64,000 bases of DNA from a bacterium (GTDB taxonomy: Bacteria > Bacteroidota > Ignavibacteria > UBA10030), in contig JAZDJN010000095.1 in NCBI GenBank assembly GCA_043803945.1, positions 32,001 to 96,000 on the forward strand, written 5' to 3'. Below are positions 42,444 through 53,035 of this stretch, piece by piece (within the stretch, counting starts at the first letter, position 1; each line of letters starts with the position of its first letter). The notes below the pieces were generated by a model. It was given only the letters and a program-made list of their open reading frames with translations. It was not told where the DNA came from and searched no databases. A program made the position numbers and the translations under genes.

Positions 42444-43383
42444 GGTAAGGGATGAGAGAGAGTGGATTGATGAGAGAATGAAGTTCCTTTGCAAGGCGCA
42501 CCGCTGTCTCGATCTCTACAAATTCAAACGAGACACAGTCTCGCGGGCGCAGTTGTCCGATGGCATGAAAATCTGCTGAAATCACATTGGCGATTTTTGG
42601 ATATCCGCCGGTGGTTTGATGCTCTACGAAGAGGATTATTGGTTGGCCGCCATGCGGAATCTGAACAGCACCAAGCGGAACACCCTCGGTGATAATTTCT
42701 TTCTTGTTTGCTTGAACGAGAGGCTCGCCAATAAGCCGAATTCCCATGCGGTTTGATTCTTCAGAAACCTCATACTCCGAATCGCATAGCATGGAAAACG
42801 ATGATTTCGGGAAGAGGTTTGCATGAGAAGAACGAGTGAGGCGAACGACATCTCTCTTCAGCGAAAGGAGTAAATTTTCTGACACTCGTTTGGGTAAAAA
42901 TGCTTCGTTCGGGACGGGCATAAGAGTAAGAACATCTCCTTTTCTCAGTGAACGTCCCCAATAACCGCCGAGACCAGTTGTCAGGTGTGTCGATACGCTT
43001 CCAAGGACGAGGGGCACCTCGATCCCCCCACGAATTGAAAGGTAACACCGCGCACCCGAACGCGTGGCTTTAAATGATAACAATTGACCGGCACGTACTT
43101 CAAGGGAAGTCCACAAAGGAACAGCAACTCCATCAAGGTCAGGTTGAAAATCAGATCCCGTAATGGCAACGATCGAGTTTCCTTCAAAGCGCAAGATTGT
43201 TCCAACAAGCGTCATCTCCAAAGCCGGAGTCTGCTCTGGGTTTCCAACGAGGAGGTTACCCAACCGAAGCGAGACAGCATCTGCAGCTCCGCTTGCGGAA
43301 ACACCGAGATGTGCATATCCATACCTGCCGAGATCCTGCACGGTTGTTTGAAATCCTGGCGATATCACATGAAGAAGAGGCAT
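42436..43383 (-). CDS. pxpC: 5-oxoprolinase subunit C
   Basis: TTVQDLGR, SNRMGIRL, GAVQIP..GQPIIL..QTTGGYP. Confidence 0.93.
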   Translation of the reverse strand: MPLLHVISPGFQTTVQDLGRYGYAHLGVSASGAADAVSLRLGNLLVGNPEQTPALEMTLVGTILRFEGNSIVAITGSDFQPDLDGVAVPLWTSLEVRAGQLLSFKATRSGARCYLSIRGGIEVPLVLGSVSTHLTTGLGGYWGRSLRKGDVLTLMPVPNEAFLPKRVSENLLLSLKRDVVRLTRSSHANLFPKSSFSMLCDSEYEVSEESNRMGIRLIGEPLVQANKKEIITEGVPLGAVQIPHGGQPIILFVEHQTTGGYPKIANVISADFHAIGQLRPRDCVSFEFVEIETAVRLAKELHSLINPLSLIPYHG

Positions 43384-43392
43384 CAGGAAGTT

Positions 43393-44097
43393 TTATTGAG
43401 AATGTTGTTGGAGAACTAGAAACTCATCTTTCGAGATGGGTCGAAATGTTACAAGGTCACCCATTTCCAAGAATGTCGGAGGTGTATGCTCGGGATTGAA
43501 CAGCGGTAATGGTGTACGACCGATAATTCTCCAACCCCCGGGAGACGAACAAGGGTAAATGCCTGTTTGCGATCCCCCAATGGCAACACTTCCTGCCGGC
43601 ACCTTCAATCGCGGTGATGATAAGCGGGGCACAAATAATTGTTGCGGCATTTCACCGAGGTACGGAAAGCCTGGTGAAAAACCAAGGAAATAGACTAAAT
43701 ACTCAACCGAAGTATGAATCCGAACGACCTCCTCAATGGTCAGTCCAGTATAAGCCAAAACATCATCCAGATCGGGACCGAACTCTTTACCATAGCAAAC
43801 AGGAATCTCTTTCCGCGGTTGAACCGTTGTTGCGGAGTGTTCGATGTCATGAAAAATTGTATAAACATGATGGAGTAATTTTTGGGCAGAGATTATTATG
43901 GGATCGAAAGAGAGAAGGACAGCATTGTACGATGGATGCACATTCTGGACGCCCGTTATCTTACGAGATGAGACTTCGCGGCAAAACGCAGCCACACGGG
44001 AATGAAGTTCACGGGTAATATCGGTGCCGAAGGATATCCGGAGCGAAGAATCACTCGATCGTGAAACACTTGGATGGTATAATCTTTTCGATTGCAT
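43393..44097 (-). CDS. pxpB: 5-oxoprolinase subunit B
   Basis: IPVCYG..FGPDL, GFSPGFPYL, PAGSVAIGG.QTGIYP..SPGGW. Confidence 0.95.
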   Translation of the reverse strand: MQSKRLYHPSVSRSSDSSLRISFGTDITRELHSRVAAFCREVSSRKITGVQNVHPSYNAVLLSFDPIIISAQKLLHHVYTIFHDIEHSATTVQPRKEIPVCYGKEFGPDLDDVLAYTGLTIEEVVRIHTSVEYLVYFLGFSPGFPYLGEMPQQLFVPRLSSPRLKVPAGSVAIGGSQTGIYPCSSPGGWRIIGRTPLPLFNPEHTPPTFLEMGDLVTFRPISKDEFLVLQQHSQ

Positions 44098-44191
44098 GGA
44101 GGAGCAGCGCCTCGCTCGACAATAAGGTTTTTTAGTCGGGGAATCAATAAGAAGGACTTGTTAACGGTAAAGGGGAACAGTTTTCCCCGCC

Positions 44192-44220
44192 TTGCTTCTC
44201 CTGCCATTTGTGCCTATATT
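44192..44220 (+). promoter_or_regulatory. Sigma70-like promoter for lon
   Basis: TTGCTT-17 nt-TATATT. Confidence 0.6.
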
Positions 44221-44234
44221 GACATCGAAATTCG

Positions 44235-44274
44235 GTGGGTGTGTCTCCAGCAAGACACGCCCGCTTTTTGTTTT
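44235..44274 (+). terminator. Terminator-like hairpin in the lon leader
   Basis: GTGGGTGTGTCT-CCAGCA-AGACACGCCCGC then TTTTTGTTTT. Confidence 0.55.
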
Positions 44275-44301
44275 GGTGAATAACGAAGCATTCAAACGAC
44301 C

Positions 44302-46683
44302 ATGAGCGAAGAAAACATTAAACCGGCTGAAAGCCATATCGAAACACTGGACACCATCCCGACTGTATTGCCCGTCCTTGCACTACGCGACGTTGTTGTC
44401 TTTCCTTATATGATTTTTCCGGTGCTTGTCGGCAGGGAGAGCTCGCTGCGCGCCGCCAACGAGGCGATAGAACGCGGGAAGAACATCTTCCTTGTCGCCC
44501 AGAAGAATCCTGCCGTTGATGAACCAACACAGGAAGACGTGTACCACCAGGGGACAGTGGCAAAGATTATTCAGATGCTGAAGCTGCCGAACGGCCTCAT
44601 GAAAATTCTCGTTGATGGCACAGTGCAAGCAAGCGTGAAACGGTTTCTACCGACACAGGCTTATCTTGAGGCGGAAATTATCATTCATCGAACCGATCCA
44701 TTGCCCGGCCATGAAATCGATGCGCTGTTGCGACATACCTCGACGCTCTTTATAGAATATGTGAAACTTAACAGGAATGTGCCCCCTGAAGTCATCATGT
44801 CGTTCGACGGCATAAAGGAGCCTCAGCGAAAACTCTATTATATGGCGTCGAACCTTGTGCAAAGCGTAGACGTCAAACAAAGAATAATACAAACCGTGCA
44901 TTTGCGGGAACAGCTCTACGAACTTTCAAAGATTCTGAACACCGAAATCGACATTCTTAAGATAGAGCGGGAAATCGACACAAAAGTACAGGACAACATT
45001 CAGAAGTCCCAGCGTAAGTATTTCATTCAGGAACAGATCCGGGTTCTCCAGGATGAGCTGGGCGACGACGAAGCATCGCCCGAGCTGACTAAATTGAAAG
45101 AGGAAATTGAACAGGCAAAAATGTCGAAGGAAGCGGAAACCAAAGCGATGGAGGAGTTCAACAAGCTGAGGAAGACTCCACCGATGTCACCGGAGTTTAC
45201 CGTCATTCGCAATTACCTCGATTGGATGACCCATGTGCCCTGGACAAAACGCACGAAGGACAACCTGGATGTCGAGCACGTCAAGACCATTCTTGATGAG
45301 GACCATTTTGGCCTGGAGAAGCCGAAGGATCGGATTCTTGAGCACATTGCCGTTCTCAACCTTGTGAAGGAAATGAAGGGACAAATTCTTTGCTTTGTTG
45401 GCCCGCCGGGTGTTGGAAAGACGTCGCTGGCAAAATCAATTTCCCGCGCCCTGGGCAGAAAATTTGTGCGCATTTCTCTTGGCGGCGTGCGCGATGAGGC
45501 TGAAATTCGGGGGCATCGGCGGACCTATATCGGATCGATGCCGGGGAAAATCATACAATCCATGAAGAGGGCGGGCGTCGTCAATCCTGTGATGCTCATG
45601 GACGAAGTCGATAAGATGAGCATGGATTTTCGCGGCGATCCTTCTGCGGCATTGCTCGAGGTACTCGACCCGGAGCAAAACTGCACCTTCAGTGATCATT
45701 ATCTTGATATCGATTATGACCTTTCGAAGGTGATGTTTATTACCACAGCGAATATCCGCTACGCGATTCCACTTCCGCTCCAGGATCGCATGGAGATCAT
45801 AGAACTCTCGGGCTATCTTGATCATGACAAGAGAGAAATAGCAAAGCGGCACATCATCTCGAAACAGCTCGGCGAGCATGGATTAAATGGGAAAATGCTT
45901 CGCTTTCAGGATGAGGCGATTGACAGGATCATCAATGAATACACCCGTGAAGCGGGCGTCAGAAACCTTGAACGGGAAATTGCTTCTGTATGCCGTAAAG
46001 CCGCAAAGGAGATCGTTACACAGAAACGCGCAAAACGAATCAAGAGCACGCGATCAATCGAGGTGACAAAAGAAAAAATTGAGCAGTATCTTGGTGTGCC
46101 GAAGTTTAGGAAGAAATCGGCGGAGAAAGAACGCCGCGTGGGATCGGTTGTTGGTCTGGCATGGACAAGTGTCGGCGGCGAAATCCTCAATGTCGATGTG
46201 ACCATGATGCGCGGCTCAGAAAAACTGACACTGACCGGACAACTGGGTGACGTCATGAAAGAGTCTGCCCAGGCGGCATTGAGCTACATTCGTTCTAACG
46301 CGAAAAAATTTAAGATCGATCCGGATTTTTCAAAAGGGAAAGAAATTCATATTCATCTTCCTGAAGGAGCGATTCCAAAAGACGGGCCCTCGGCAGGCAT
46401 CACCATGGCGATGGCGATTATTTCTGTTGCCAGCGCACGGTCCGCCCGCAACGATGTTGCCATGACGGGAGAAATTACCCTGCGGGGAAGCGTTCTTCCC
46501 ATTGGAGGACTTAACGAAAAACTTCTCGCGGCGCAGCGAAGCGGTATTAAAACGGTCATTATCCCGAAGGAGAATGTTAAAGACCTTGCAGAGATCCCGG
46601 CACGGGTTAAGGAAGGGCTGAACATTGTTCCGGTAGAGACGATAGAAGAAGCGGCGAACCATGTTTTCGATAAAAGAAAATAA
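44302..46683 (+). CDS. lon: ATP-dependent protease Lon
   Basis: GPPGVGKTS, GHRRTYIG, PKDGPSAG (catalytic Ser), IGGLNEK. Confidence 0.99.
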   Translation: MSEENIKPAESHIETLDTIPTVLPVLALRDVVVFPYMIFPVLVGRESSLRAANEAIERGKNIFLVAQKNPAVDEPTQEDVYHQGTVAKIIQMLKLPNGLMKILVDGTVQASVKRFLPTQAYLEAEIIIHRTDPLPGHEIDALLRHTSTLFIEYVKLNRNVPPEVIMSFDGIKEPQRKLYYMASNLVQSVDVKQRIIQTVHLREQLYELSKILNTEIDILKIEREIDTKVQDNIQKSQRKYFIQEQIRVLQDELGDDEASPELTKLKEEIEQAKMSKEAETKAMEEFNKLRKTPPMSPEFTVIRNYLDWMTHVPWTKRTKDNLDVEHVKTILDEDHFGLEKPKDRILEHIAVLNLVKEMKGQILCFVGPPGVGKTSLAKSISRALGRKFVRISLGGVRDEAEIRGHRRTYIGSMPGKIIQSMKRAGVVNPVMLMDEVDKMSMDFRGDPSAALLEVLDPEQNCTFSDHYLDIDYDLSKVMFITTANIRYAIPLPLQDRMEIIELSGYLDHDKREIAKRHIISKQLGEHGLNGKMLRFQDEAIDRIINEYTREAGVRNLEREIASVCRKAAKEIVTQKRAKRIKSTRSIEVTKEKIEQYLGVPKFRKKSAEKERRVGSVVGLAWTSVGGEILNVDVTMMRGSEKLTLTGQLGDVMKESAQAALSYIRSNAKKFKIDPDFSKGKEIHIHLPEGAIPKDGPSAGITMAMAIISVASARSARNDVAMTGEITLRGSVLPIGGLNEKLLAAQRSGIKTVIIPKENVKDLAEIPARVKEGLNIVPVETIEEAANHVFDKRK

Positions 46684-46929
46684 CCGCGTGGCCGAAGTGC
46701 ACCGAGAACATGTGTTAACAGTAACGGAGAAAGAGTAACATTTCAGGTTTATTTTTCACAGCGTTTCGATTCTTGTTCCTGCGTAAGATGAGTAAACAAC
46801 CAATGAACCCTCGTGTTCCTGGCGCGCTTGGCGGTTCAGATTTTATTCAGAGAGCTTCAATCGTTTCTTTTGTGTAGCACAAGTTATTAACTTTTATCTT
46901 TCCAATTTCCTTGTTACTTTCATAATAGC

Positions 46930-48783
46930 ATGTCCTATCAGGTTACAGCACGAAAATGGCGACCGACAATCTTTGAAGAAGTTGTCGGTCAAACGCATGT
47001 CACAAGCACGCTCCGTAACGCGATTGCCTCCAATCGCCTTGCCCATGCGTACATCTTCAGCGGTGCACGCGGCTGCGGAAAGACAACAACAGCCCGCATC
47101 CTGGCAAAGGCCATCAACTGTCTCTCGCCAAAAGAATTCAATCCCGACAATACATGTGAAATTTGCCAGGAGATCACCGCAGGCAGAAACCTCGATGTGA
47201 TCGAAATTGACGGAGCCTCCAACAGAGGTGTGGAAGAAATTCGGAATCTTCGCGAGTCGGTCCGGTATACGCCGACACGCGGAACCTACAAAGTCTACAT
47301 CATCGACGAAGTGCACATGTTAACAAAGGAAGCCTTCAACGCACTTCTCAAAACGCTCGAAGAACCCCCCGCCCACGTCATCTTTATTTTTGCGACAACA
47401 GAAGTTCACAAGATACCAATGACCATTTTGTCGAGATGTCAACGCTTCGACTTCCGCCGCATCTCCATAGAAGAAATTATTGCCCGCCTGCGGTTTATTG
47501 CCAAGGAAGAGCAGGTAACCATCGACGATAACGCACTGGTCATTATTGCGAAGAAGGGGGACGGATCACTCCGCGACGCGCAGAGCATTTTCGACCAGAT
47601 TCGTTCATTCTGTGGTAACACTATCGCCGCTGCCGATGTGTTGAAAGTGTTGAATGTTGTTGATCAGGAATTGTTCTTCCGTGTCACAGAGATGATTCGC
47701 TCGGGCAATGTAAGGGGCGGCATCGAACTGGTCGATGAACTTGTCCGGCATGGGTACGATCTGCGGGAATTTCTCAGCGGACTCTCGGAACACTTGAGAA
47801 ATATTCTTGTCGTCATGACGACAGAATCGACACAGCTTGTTGAGGCATCGGAGGTGTACCGGAAGAGATACAGCGATGAATCGAAACAGTTTCAGCAAAG
47901 CGATGTTCTCCGGCTTATAAAACTGGTGAATGACCTGGAACAAGCAATTCGCTGGGCTCCACAGCCGCGCTTTAAGTTGGAAGTGGGCATTCTCCAAATG
48001 ATTAAACTCGATCGGGCTGTGCAACTAGATCGGTTGATCAAACAAATTGAGGAGATGAAAAAGAAACTTGACGGAGCACCAGTCGGGTCCGCAATACATC
48101 AACCCACCATGGCACCACCTCTTCCCGAGAAAACGAAAAAACCAGACGTGCCGCCGCCGATCCTTTCCGGAAGCAGCGAACAGCAAAACGACAACGGCAC
48201 AAGGGAGATCAAGGTTCTTGGGAAAGTCAGTGCGGGAACCCTCAGTAGCACTGCCGCTATTCGGTTATCAGCAAAAAGCGAGACACCTTCCCCTGTAATC
48301 GAAAAAGAGATGGTAAAACTATCGTTACTTGCAGGCGGAGCAGGAGAAATTCAGAGCAGTCGCGAGAATGGCAGGCCGATATCACCCGAACAGGCCAATG
48401 AACAGTGGAGCGAATGGATTGGAGAGGTGCGAAGATCAAAAATCGGTGTCGGGACAATTTTGAGCGAAAGCCATTTGCTGGAGGTCCGTGACGGAGCATT
48501 ACACATCGGCTGCCCCGATGACTTCCACTATTCGTCGCTTAAGCGGAACAAGGATTTTCTCGTCGATGCGTTTGAGCGTGTTACCGGATTTAAGGTTCGC
48601 ATTGAGCCGGTGATGCATAAGATCGAGAAGAGCGGTAAGAGGCAAACCTCCAACCTGCGGGAGAACGCAACCCCAGCCCCTGGTGGCAGGGGAGAAGATA
48701 CCAGGACAACAGGGGTCTCCTCAGAGGATCACCCCGTTATTACAGCACTCAAGCGTGAGTTTGGCGCAGATCTGATACGATAG
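46930..48783 (+). CDS. dnaX: DNA polymerase III subunit gamma/tau
   Basis: ARKWRP, GARGCGKTT, EIDGASN, IIDEVHML, FNALLKTLEEPP, SRCQ. Confidence 0.98.
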   Translation: MSYQVTARKWRPTIFEEVVGQTHVTSTLRNAIASNRLAHAYIFSGARGCGKTTTARILAKAINCLSPKEFNPDNTCEICQEITAGRNLDVIEIDGASNRGVEEIRNLRESVRYTPTRGTYKVYIIDEVHMLTKEAFNALLKTLEEPPAHVIFIFATTEVHKIPMTILSRCQRFDFRRISIEEIIARLRFIAKEEQVTIDDNALVIIAKKGDGSLRDAQSIFDQIRSFCGNTIAAADVLKVLNVVDQELFFRVTEMIRSGNVRGGIELVDELVRHGYDLREFLSGLSEHLRNILVVMTTESTQLVEASEVYRKRYSDESKQFQQSDVLRLIKLVNDLEQAIRWAPQPRFKLEVGILQMIKLDRAVQLDRLIKQIEEMKKKLDGAPVGSAIHQPTMAPPLPEKTKKPDVPPPILSGSSEQQNDNGTREIKVLGKVSAGTLSSTAAIRLSAKSETPSPVIEKEMVKLSLLAGGAGEIQSSRENGRPISPEQANEQWSEWIGEVRRSKIGVGTILSESHLLEVRDGALHIGCPDDFHYSSLKRNKDFLVDAFERVTGFKVRIEPVMHKIEKSGKRQTSNLRENATPAPGGRGEDTRTTGVSSEDHPVITALKREFGADLIR

Positions 48784-48959
48784 AACACAGCAGCAACAAA
48801 ACACAATCTCAACTCCTCCCGCAGCAATTCATAGTGATCGGACGCCAGACACAAAGCAATAAGAGTATTGTACTATCCTCCAATCCTTTTTACTCGTGAA
48901 CAACAAAAAATCTTCCTTTGCATTTTTACTAAAAAGGAGCGAATCTCTTCTTAGATGCT

Positions 48960-49619
48960 ATGGTAAAAATCTCAGACGATCGACATACAGAACCTTTCCC
49001 ACCTGGGTTTAAGAAGAAGACACTCTTTGCACTACTGCTCTTAGCGGCAGCAATCGTTTCAACGATTATTCATGAACTCGGACACTGTGTCGCCTACTGG
49101 GCGCAGAATATTCCCGCCGCTTTGTCCCTCACTAAAGAATTTCCTCTCCAAAACATCACAGTGCGAGAATTTGCAATCGGTTCAGCCGGCGGACCAGCAG
49201 TAACGATTATCATTACCATCGTCAGCTTCCGGCTCTATGCAAGAGCAAAGAAAAAAAACAACGGTAAGCAAGTCTTCGCCGCCCTGGTGCTGGCGAATAT
49301 TTTTTATTTTTTTCTCCGGTCATTGATTGCAGTCAGAAAAAAGTCTGGCGGAGAGCTCGAACGAGCGGCAAATCTTTTCGGTCAGGACTACCTCTTTACC
49401 GTCCTTCTTTTCCTGGGTTTTGCGCTGGTAATTCTTATACTCTGCATTGGAAAGGAGAGAATCAAACTGTCCTTTATCAATATCGCATTCTTTCTTATAC
49501 TGTTTATTATCTATGGGATTGGAATGGCCGGGCTTGAGGCTGTCGACCGGACATTGTTCTGGGAGAAATTTCCAACCATCCAGGTCGACAATGGTTACAA
49601 GTATAATGAGCACAAGTAA
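48960..49619 (+). CDS. Membrane protein with HExxH motif (M50-like metallopeptidase)
   Basis: IIHELGH at the end of a TM segment, SAGGPA, 5-6 TMs. Confidence 0.6.
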   Translation: MVKISDDRHTEPFPPGFKKKTLFALLLLAAAIVSTIIHELGHCVAYWAQNIPAALSLTKEFPLQNITVREFAIGSAGGPAVTIIITIVSFRLYARAKKKNNGKQVFAALVLANIFYFFLRSLIAVRKKSGGELERAANLFGQDYLFTVLLFLGFALVILILCIGKERIKLSFINIAFFLILFIIYGIGMAGLEAVDRTLFWEKFPTIQVDNGYKYNEHK

Positions 49620-49718
49620 ACAACCGGTGTCACCAATAGTATTCCGATGCAGGACTTGACTCCATGGTGTCTTGAAGACAACAGTAAGCAATCAACATAC
49701 ATTCAGCAAGGAACAATT

Positions 49719-51023
49719 ATGAAACAGGCCGTTGTAATAGGAACATGTCTGATACTCGTGTCGTGGGGAATGCTCTCTGCGCAAACGCGAAAAGCAAGTA
49801 CGCTCTCCGAGGAAGATCTGGCCGCACTTGCCAAAAAAATTCATGAAAGAATTATCACCATTGATACCCACGATGATATTTCTCAGGAATTTGCCACAGA
49901 AAGAAACGATCCGGGCAGTCCCGAAAACCGCCGGCAGGTTTCCTTGCCAAAGATGCGCAGCGGAGGACTTGACGCGGAATTTTTTGCTGTCTTCACCGGC
50001 AACGGACAGCGTACGCCGGCTGCATGGGATACAGCCTATGCCCGCGCGATACGTGCCTTTGAAGCGATTCACCGGCTTCCCACCATGAGACCGTCTGAAA
50101 TTGAGATTGCGTATTCACCGGCGGATGTTATCCGCATCCATAACGGAGGGAAACTTATTGCGTGCATTGGGGTGGAAAACGGTTACCCGCTTGGCATGGA
50201 GATATCGCGCGTCAAAGAATTTTATAATCGCGGAGCACGCTACATAACGCTGACACACAGCGGCCACAATCAGATCTGTGACTCGTCGACTCCACGGCCC
50301 GACGAACTACCGGAGGAGCATCATGGATTAAGCGAGTATGGGCGCCTGGTGGTGGCAGAAATGAATCGGCTTGGTATCATGGTCGATATTTCTCATGCAT
50401 CGAAAAAAGCAGCTCTTGATGTTTTAAAATTTTCCAAGGCGCCCATCATTGCCTCTCACTCTGGCGCAGATGCCGTTAACGCAAGCCCGAGAAATGTTGA
50501 CGATGAAACCTTGCTTGCGATAAAGAACAATGGCGGCGTTGTCCAGTGTGTGGCCCTCGCCAGCTATATTAAAACAGTAACAGAGACCCCGGAACGGCAT
50601 GCGGCAATTGCCGAGCTGAGAAAAGAACTCGGATTGCCAGCGGGACGCGATGGCTCCGGGCGCCGGCAAGCACAGCAAATGACCGAGGAGCAGCGGAGGC
50701 AGAATCAGGAGCAGATGGCAAAATTCCGTGAACGAATGCCGGAGATTGATAAAACATACCCACCGCAAAAAATTTCTGTGCAGGACATGGTAAACCACAT
50801 CGACTACATGGTGAATGTTATGGGGATCGACCATGTAGGCATTGGCACCGACTTTGACGGTGGTGGCGGTTTAACGGGATTCAAAGATGCAAGCGAAAGC
50901 CTTAATGTTACACTTGAGCTCGTACGGCGTGGTTACACCGAAGAGGAAATCGGAAAAATATGGGGCGGCAACCTCCTCAGAGTCTGGAGAGCCGTGGAGA
51001 AGACGGCGAAGGAGATGAACTAG
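49719..51023 (+). CDS. Dipeptidase (peptidase M19), secreted
   Basis: IDTHDD, GVEN, YITLTH, MVDISH, IASHS, DHVGIGTDFDGG, WGGNLLRV. Confidence 0.95.
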   Translation: MKQAVVIGTCLILVSWGMLSAQTRKASTLSEEDLAALAKKIHERIITIDTHDDISQEFATERNDPGSPENRRQVSLPKMRSGGLDAEFFAVFTGNGQRTPAAWDTAYARAIRAFEAIHRLPTMRPSEIEIAYSPADVIRIHNGGKLIACIGVENGYPLGMEISRVKEFYNRGARYITLTHSGHNQICDSSTPRPDELPEEHHGLSEYGRLVVAEMNRLGIMVDISHASKKAALDVLKFSKAPIIASHSGADAVNASPRNVDDETLLAIKNNGGVVQCVALASYIKTVTETPERHAAIAELRKELGLPAGRDGSGRRQAQQMTEEQRRQNQEQMAKFRERMPEIDKTYPPQKISVQDMVNHIDYMVNVMGIDHVGIGTDFDGGGGLTGFKDASESLNVTLELVRRGYTEEEIGKIWGGNLLRVWRAVEKTAKEMN

Positions 51024-51074
51024 TCTGTCGGTTCTCCGACCGGGGATTAAGGTAAAGAGAAGGATCAAACAATT

Positions 51075-51857
51075 ATGCTTGTTGGAGTGGTTCAAACAAA
51101 ACCGGAGTTTGGATCTGTTCGCACGAACATCAACAATGCGATTGAGTTGATGAATTCTGCAAGGGCAGATCTCTATGTGTTGCCGGAGTTGTTCAACACC
51201 GGCTACAACTTCATCGATGAAGCCGAAGCAGCAACACTCTCCGAGGAGGTGACAGGATTAACGTATCAAGCACTTTGTACCTTTGCTGCAAAGAACTCAT
51301 GTTGTATTGTCTATGGATTTGCAGAGAGAGAGCAGCACCGCTACAATTCCTCGGCACTGGTCGGCCCGGAAGGCATTATAGGACTTTATCGGAAGGTACA
51401 TCTCTTCGACCGCGAGAAGCTATTCTTTGCGCCTGGAAATCTCGGCTTTCCGGTGTTTACCCTTCCGTTTGGAACCCTGGGGATGATGATTTGCTATGAC
51501 TGGATTTATCCGGAAGCGGCACGGACACTGATGCTGAAGGGAGCACAGATTATTGCCCACCCCGCGAATCTTGTCCTGCCCTTCTGTCCCGACGCCATGA
51601 TTACACGCTGCCTCGAAAACCGCGTGTTTGCGATAACAGCCGATCGTGTTGGAAAAGAGGAGAGAGGCGGAGTATATTTACAATTTATAGGGAAGAGCGA
51701 AATAGTCTCTCCTCGCGGTGAAATTCTTTGTCGCCTTGGTACGGATGATTCCGGAATTGCAATAACGGAGATCGACATTGCTCTCGCGACAAATAAACAG
51801 GTCACGCAACGCAACAACTTGCTGGAAGACCGTTTCAAAGAGTACTATCTCATGTAA
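51075..51857 (+). CDS. Nitrilase-related carbon-nitrogen hydrolase
   Basis: LPELFNTGY (E), YRKVHL (K), MICYDW.YPE (C) catalytic triad. Confidence 0.93.
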   Translation: MLVGVVQTKPEFGSVRTNINNAIELMNSARADLYVLPELFNTGYNFIDEAEAATLSEEVTGLTYQALCTFAAKNSCCIVYGFAEREQHRYNSSALVGPEGIIGLYRKVHLFDREKLFFAPGNLGFPVFTLPFGTLGMMICYDWIYPEAARTLMLKGAQIIAHPANLVLPFCPDAMITRCLENRVFAITADRVGKEERGGVYLQFIGKSEIVSPRGEILCRLGTDDSGIAITEIDIALATNKQVTQRNNLLEDRFKEYYLM

Positions 51858-51869
51858 GGTGAAACAACC

Positions 51870-52625
51870 ATGCAGCACTACACCATTCTCATTTCTCTCA
51901 TTATCACAAGGCTTGCTTTGTCTAGCTGCAGCCCTGTAATACAAACGACACGGACACCGGAAGAAAACCGCAGGGTCATTATCGTCTACCAGCCATCCCA
52001 CCAGATGGATACGGGCCGGGAGTTTAATGAAGCCATGGTCTGTAATGCAATTATCGAATCGGCCATTGCCTCCTCAACGGGGTCCGTAGAAGTGCATAAG
52101 GTATGGAGCCATGATCAGGAAGGGCTTCACCATGCACGGCAGGGAAGCAACACAAAGATAGAACACACATCAATGATTGACAGCCTGGGAAGAATCTCAG
52201 GGTACGCATATGAACTTCGGGCGTCGAACAAACTCAAGCCCGATGTGTTTATTGGAGTTCATAATAACGGCGCAACAAACAAAAACGCTTGCTGGGGATT
52301 TGTACACGAAGGGGATCGTCATGAACAGGACTGCCGTGAGTTGGCAAAGGTCCTGGTTGACGAAATCTGTGCAGCCACAGGAATGGAGAACGGTGGTATT
52401 CTGGGTGACAGTTCTCCCAATAGAAATGATTACCGCTGCAAGACAACAGGAAAACTTTCCTTTTACAGTTTGGATGAAAATGTTAACACAGCGCCGATTC
52501 GTGTGCTGCTCGAAATTGGCGACAATGAACTGAGCCGGGAGTTATTGCACAATCCGGCTGCTCAACAAACGATGGGACGCGTTATTCAAAGTGTTATCGA
52601 ACGGCGCTATGGAAGCGAGAAGTAA
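51870..52625 (+). CDS. Lipoprotein with amidase_3-like fold
   Basis: LALSSC lipobox; YQPSH, NEA, FIGVHNN, VLLEIG match the H/E/H/E pattern of N-acetylmuramoyl-L-alanine amidases. Confidence 0.65.
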   Translation: MQHYTILISLIITRLALSSCSPVIQTTRTPEENRRVIIVYQPSHQMDTGREFNEAMVCNAIIESAIASSTGSVEVHKVWSHDQEGLHHARQGSNTKIEHTSMIDSLGRISGYAYELRASNKLKPDVFIGVHNNGATNKNACWGFVHEGDRHEQDCRELAKVLVDEICAATGMENGGILGDSSPNRNDYRCKTTGKLSFYSLDENVNTAPIRVLLEIGDNELSRELLHNPAAQQTMGRVIQSVIERRYGSEK

Positions 52626-52729
52626 TCTACCGGCATGGTTCCCTCTTCCTGAATGAAGAAAATTAGGAGTAAGCCCTACTCTTCGAGGGCGAACCCAACC
52701 CTGATTGATACCCGCGCGGTCTTTTCACC

Positions 52730-53035
52730 CTATCTGATTTTTAAAATCCAGTCGGCAGGGTTAAACTTCTTAATTTCAATTTCTGGCACCAGCGTCTTTA
52801 CGATAAGATGGGTATCCTCAATGACTCTAACATGGGTTGGCATGAAATCCTTGGAGCACTTATCACAATGGAGCGAAAGAACACTGTCGGGTGCGGCAAT
52901 GTTGAGTTTTTTGGTCCACAGAACGAGGTCTTCTTTCGAGGAAATCCGATAATCCACGCGCTCAATATAGTGACCGCACTGTTGATGCCGCGCCGAATAT
53001 AAGAGAAAGATATGTGATTGTTGTGAGTCAGTCAT
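52730..53035 (-). CDS. Small hypothetical protein, possibly Zn-binding
   Basis: 101 aa with HQQCGH and CDKC; GGGGA upstream of the start. Confidence 0.65.
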   Translation of the reverse strand: MTDSQQSHIFLLYSARHQQCGHYIERVDYRISSKEDLVLWTKKLNIAAPDSVLSLHCDKCSKDFMPTHVRVIEDTHLIVKTLVPEIEIKKFNPADWILKIR

